Below are positions 61,204 to 64,000 of a DNA stretch of 64,000 nt, in pieces; positions within the stretch are counted from its first letter, which is position 1; each line of letters begins with the position of its first letter. The DNA comes from Enterobacter phage phiT5282EW, in sequence record PQ352032.1; one strand, 5' to 3'. The notes beneath the pieces were generated by a model that was not told the DNA's origin, did no database searches, and worked only from the letters and a program-made list of their open reading frames with translations. The translations under genes and the position numbers were made by a program.

Positions 61204-62538
61204 ATGTATGTTACTCGCGTAAAAATTACCAACGTTCTCGGCATTGAGCACCTCGACTTTGAGCCGGGCAAAATCACTGAGATCTCCGGCCCTAACGGCT
61301 CCGGTAAAACTTCCGTGCTGGAAACCATTCAGGCTGTGTTGAAAGGCGGTAACGATGCCACCCTGCTGCGTAAGGGTGCCGCCAAAGGTGAAGCCGTTCT
61401 GGTACTGGATGACGGCACGGAGATCACCCGCGCCATTACCGCGACCACCAGCACGACGACCGTCCGCGACGCCGAAGGTAAAAAGCAGGCTCGCCCTTCT
61501 GACATCCTGCGTAACCTGACCGACCTTTACAGCGCTAACCCGGTTGAATTCCTCAGGGCACCGAAAAAAGACCGTGTGCGCGTGTTGCTGGAGACTATGC
61601 CGCTCAAAGTGGATGCCGCAGCCATTGAGGAGATTACCGGGGAGCCGTGCAGCGCGACCGAAAACGCCCATGCGGTAGACGTGATCAACGGTCTGCATAA
61701 GGGCTACTACGACGAGCGCACTGGCGTTAACCGCGTCATTGACGAGAAGAAGAAAAGCATCAAGCAGCTGAAAGAGGCGGTGCCTGAGGCTCCGGCTGGC
61801 GTTGAGGGCAGCGAGGACGAGATCCGCATTGCCATTAAGACTGCCGACGATGCCCGCGACGCGGAAGAAAAGCGCATCAGCGAGAAGCTGAGCACCATTA
61901 AGACGCAGATGGCAGAAGAAGCCGGGAAGATTGATACCGCGCTGGCTGAGGCCATTGCCAAGCTCCAGCAGGAGGCAGAAGCCAACAAACAGGCGCTGCG
62001 TGACAAGCTGGCAGGCATTCAGGTTGCCGCTGAGAAGCAGCGCACCAAAAACATCACCACTCACAGCGAGACCACGGCACCGCTGATCGCGGCCCTCAAT
62101 CTGATTGTGGCTAACCGTGACGCGCACGCCAAGCGCGAGCAGACGCTGAAAAACATTACCCAGCTGGAAACCGACCTCGAAAAATTCCAGGATGATGCGC
62201 TGCGTCTGGATAAGATCATGGCTGGTCTGGAGGCGTACAAAGCGACGCTGCTGGCATCCCTGCCGATCCCCGGTCTGGAAGTCCGCGCGGGAGAAATTTT
62301 CCGTGATGATGTAGCCTTTGACCGCCTGAACACGGCGCAGCAGGTGAGCATCGCGGTGGAGATCGCCAAGCTGCGCACGGGTGAGCTCGGCTGCTGCTGC
62401 GTGGATGGTCTGGAGTTGCTGGATCCTGCTGCGTATGAGGCATTCAAAGCGCAGGCCGTAGAATCGGGCCTCCAGATGTTTATTTCTAAGGTGACGGGCG
62501 AAGATTTTACTATTAATCCGCAGGGCACTGTAGCATAA
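61204..62538 (+). CDS. SbcC/RecF-like AAA ATPase with coiled-coil
   Basis: N-terminal Walker A EISGPNGSGKTS. Long coiled-coil middle. C-terminal ABC-signature/Walker B-like region (LGCCCVDGLELLD). Confidence 0.6.
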   Translation: MYVTRVKITNVLGIEHLDFEPGKITEISGPNGSGKTSVLETIQAVLKGGNDATLLRKGAAKGEAVLVLDDGTEITRAITATTSTTTVRDAEGKKQARPSDILRNLTDLYSANPVEFLRAPKKDRVRVLLETMPLKVDAAAIEEITGEPCSATENAHAVDVINGLHKGYYDERTGVNRVIDEKKKSIKQLKEAVPEAPAGVEGSEDEIRIAIKTADDARDAEEKRISEKLSTIKTQMAEEAGKIDTALAEAIAKLQQEAEANKQALRDKLAGIQVAAEKQRTKNITTHSETTAPLIAALNLIVANRDAHAKREQTLKNITQLETDLEKFQDDALRLDKIMAGLEAYKATLLASLPIPGLEVRAGEIFRDDVAFDRLNTAQQVSIAVEIAKLRTGELGCCCVDGLELLDPAAYEAFKAQAVESGLQMFISKVTGEDFTINPQGTVA

Positions 62539-62586
62539 TCATTTTTGCTTAAAGGCGGGGCGCAAGCCCCCTAACGGAGTCATATA

Positions 62587-63885
62587 ATGAGTAACCAACC
62601 TGTAAACCATACGCCGATTGTGCGCCAGCAGGATTCCGGCAATTTCAATATGACATCTGGCCCCGGTCTCCCGGCTGACCAGATGAATAGCAGCGTCGTT
62701 TCCATTGAGCAACAGCGTGCCATCGCAGAAGCTCAGGGCCAGCTGGTACTGGCGAAGCGCTTCCCGCGTAACTTCGCTCAGGCCATGGAGGAGATCATGA
62801 CCTCCTGCGCCTACATGGAGTTTGCGGAAGAAGCCTTTTACGCCCTTCCGCGTGGCGGTCAGACCGTGCGCGGCCCGTCCATCCGTCTGGCTGAGGAGAT
62901 CGCCCGCTGTTACGGTAACTTCCAGTACGGGCACCGTGAGCTCGCCCGTAATGAAGGCGAGAGCGTGGTGGAAGTGTACGCGTGGGACGTGGAAAAAAAT
63001 AACCGCAGCACCCGCCAGATCACGATCCCTCATATCATGGACACGCGCAGCGGTGGCAAGAAGCTGACCGGACAGAAAGAGATCACCGACTACATTGCCA
63101 ACGTGGCATCCAAGCAGATGCGTTCCCGTATTCTGGCCCTGCTGCCTAAGCCTCTGGTCGCCGCCGCCGTCAGACGTTGCGAGCAGACGCTGGCTGGCAC
63201 AGGTGAGCAGACCATCCAGCAGCGTCTGGAGAAAATGCAGGGCATGTTCATCAAGTACGGCGTGACCGTGAAGATGCTGGAAAGCTATCTCAATCACCCC
63301 CTGAGCGAGACCACCACTGACGAGATCACCGACCTGATCGCGGTATACACCGCCATTAAAGACGGTGGCAACGCCAAAGACTTCTTTACCGTGTCCAGCG
63401 ATCCGGTCGATGACGAGAGCAGCAAAAACGTCAAAGACATTATCGCCAAAAACAACGCCGCAGCCGCTGGCGCTGGTACTGGCAATAAGCCTAACGTCAA
63501 TACCCAGCCGACCGGGCAGCGACTGGTTAAGCCTGAGCCACAGCCTCAGGATAACGCACAGGCTGGCAATGACGCGCAGGCAGCAGCTCAGGAGACTAAG
63601 ACTGCTACCAAAAGCGATAAGAAGAATGCAAGCGCTGGCACTGGCAAGAAAACAGCTGCAAACGCCAAAACCGAAGCCGCAGCAGCCCAGCAGCCTGAGG
63701 ATAAAACTGGTGTAGATACTGCTGGCGCTACCGTTGATGGTCAGAGCGCTGGTGCTAATACGCCGCTGCCGGATTCTCACCCTGAGGAACCGCTGCCGCC
63801 GCAGGAAGAAGACGCGCCAAACGTTGACCTGACGCCGCCGCCGATGGATATCCCACCGCCAGAAAGCGAAGACGATTATTTCTAA
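62587..63885 (+). CDS. RecT-like single-strand annealing protein with long low-complexity C-terminus and acidic tail
   Basis: AFYALPRGG...RGPSIRLAEEIARCYGN resembles the RecT core (AYLLPFG...GYRGMIDLARRSG). The C-terminal 200 aa is Ala/Lys/Thr/Gln-rich and ends ESEDDYF. Confidence 0.5.
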   Translation: MSNQPVNHTPIVRQQDSGNFNMTSGPGLPADQMNSSVVSIEQQRAIAEAQGQLVLAKRFPRNFAQAMEEIMTSCAYMEFAEEAFYALPRGGQTVRGPSIRLAEEIARCYGNFQYGHRELARNEGESVVEVYAWDVEKNNRSTRQITIPHIMDTRSGGKKLTGQKEITDYIANVASKQMRSRILALLPKPLVAAAVRRCEQTLAGTGEQTIQQRLEKMQGMFIKYGVTVKMLESYLNHPLSETTTDEITDLIAVYTAIKDGGNAKDFFTVSSDPVDDESSKNVKDIIAKNNAAAAGAGTGNKPNVNTQPTGQRLVKPEPQPQDNAQAGNDAQAAAQETKTATKSDKKNASAGTGKKTAANAKTEAAAAQQPEDKTGVDTAGATVDGQSAGANTPLPDSHPEEPLPPQEEDAPNVDLTPPPMDIPPPESEDDYF

Positions 63886-63921
63886 CAATCGGGCCTCCGG
63901 GCCCTTAACTGGAGCATTACC

Positions 63922-64000
63922 ATGCTGACTAAAGCACAAATCGTGGAACACATCGCCAAAGAGCAGAATATCACCAAGTCACAGGCTGAGCGCTTTTACA
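63922..64000 (+). CDS. HU/IHF-like DNA-binding protein, N-terminal fragment (runs off window)
   Basis: GGAG SD, then MLTKAQIVEHIAKEQNITKSQAERF, which fits the HU family N-terminal helix pattern. Confidence 0.5.
   Translation, partial: MLTKAQIVEHIAKEQNITKSQAERFY

Noticed and set aside
61069-62127. 352-aa minus-strand ORF
   Set aside because: Antisense to the SbcC-like ATPase gene, which has a Walker A motif.
62539-63951. 470-aa minus-strand ORF
   Set aside because: Antisense to the RecT-like gene. The product is Arg/Cys/Leu-rich with no motifs, and the plus-strand frame has recognisable RecT-like segments.
1-64000. CRISPR arrays, integrase/recombinase, IS elements, rRNA
   Set aside because: No direct repeat-spacer periodicity was seen, no tyrosine/serine recombinase motifs were seen in any ORF, and no rRNA-like sequence is present.

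Overview
The whole 64-kb window reads as bacteriophage DNA, either a prophage or a phage genome segment of an enterobacterial-type virus (~50-55% GC). Coding density is very high and nearly all genes are on the minus strand, with two plus-strand islands.

Layout:
- 1-18.8 kb: late/virion module read high to low coordinate. It holds a 2257-aa protein with a C-terminal ADP-ribosyltransferase (R-S-E) signature, a 160-aa protein, a NUDIX hydrolase, two small proteins, a 946-aa tail fibre with a C-terminal S74 chaperone domain, a GpA-type large terminase, a plus-strand tRNA/tRNA-like cluster plus a His/Ser-rich ORF, a portal, and a truncated downstream gene.
- 18.8-45.5 kb: roughly 60 small early/middle genes. 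These include three DNA methyltransferases (one fused to a ParB-like domain), two HNH endonucleases, several HTH proteins, a lipoprotein, an Eib/YadA-like trimeric autotransporter and many unknowns.
- 45.5-46 kb: a 400-bp AT-rich non-coding region with more than 12 copies of a GT(G/C/T)ACAG motif plus (AAAT)n and (TAGTTA)n microsatellites.
- 46-50 kb: small minus-strand genes.
- 50.2-53.9 kb: a plus-strand island of small genes.
- 53.9-64 kb: replication and recombination module with a toprim/D5-like primase-helicase, a VRR-NUC-like nuclease, SSB, an SF2 helicase, an HTH regulator, and a divergent plus-strand operon (PD-(D/E)XK exonuclease, SbcC-like ATPase, RecT-like annealase, partial HU-like gene).

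A family of at least 7 near-identical sigma70-type promoters (TTGCAT-16/17-TAnnnT with an ACGTCA(C) box after the -35) precedes minus-strand operons. No integrase, CRISPR array, rRNA or IS element was seen.

All calls rest on ORF structure, RBS context, recognisable motifs and synteny; no database search was possible. Hand-derived coordinates of non-CDS features may be off by 1-2 nt. CDS starts that differ from the ORF track were moved to the first ATG with a Shine-Dalgarno (SD) sequence or an ATGA/TAATG overlap, because the track uses TTG/GTG as 'M'.
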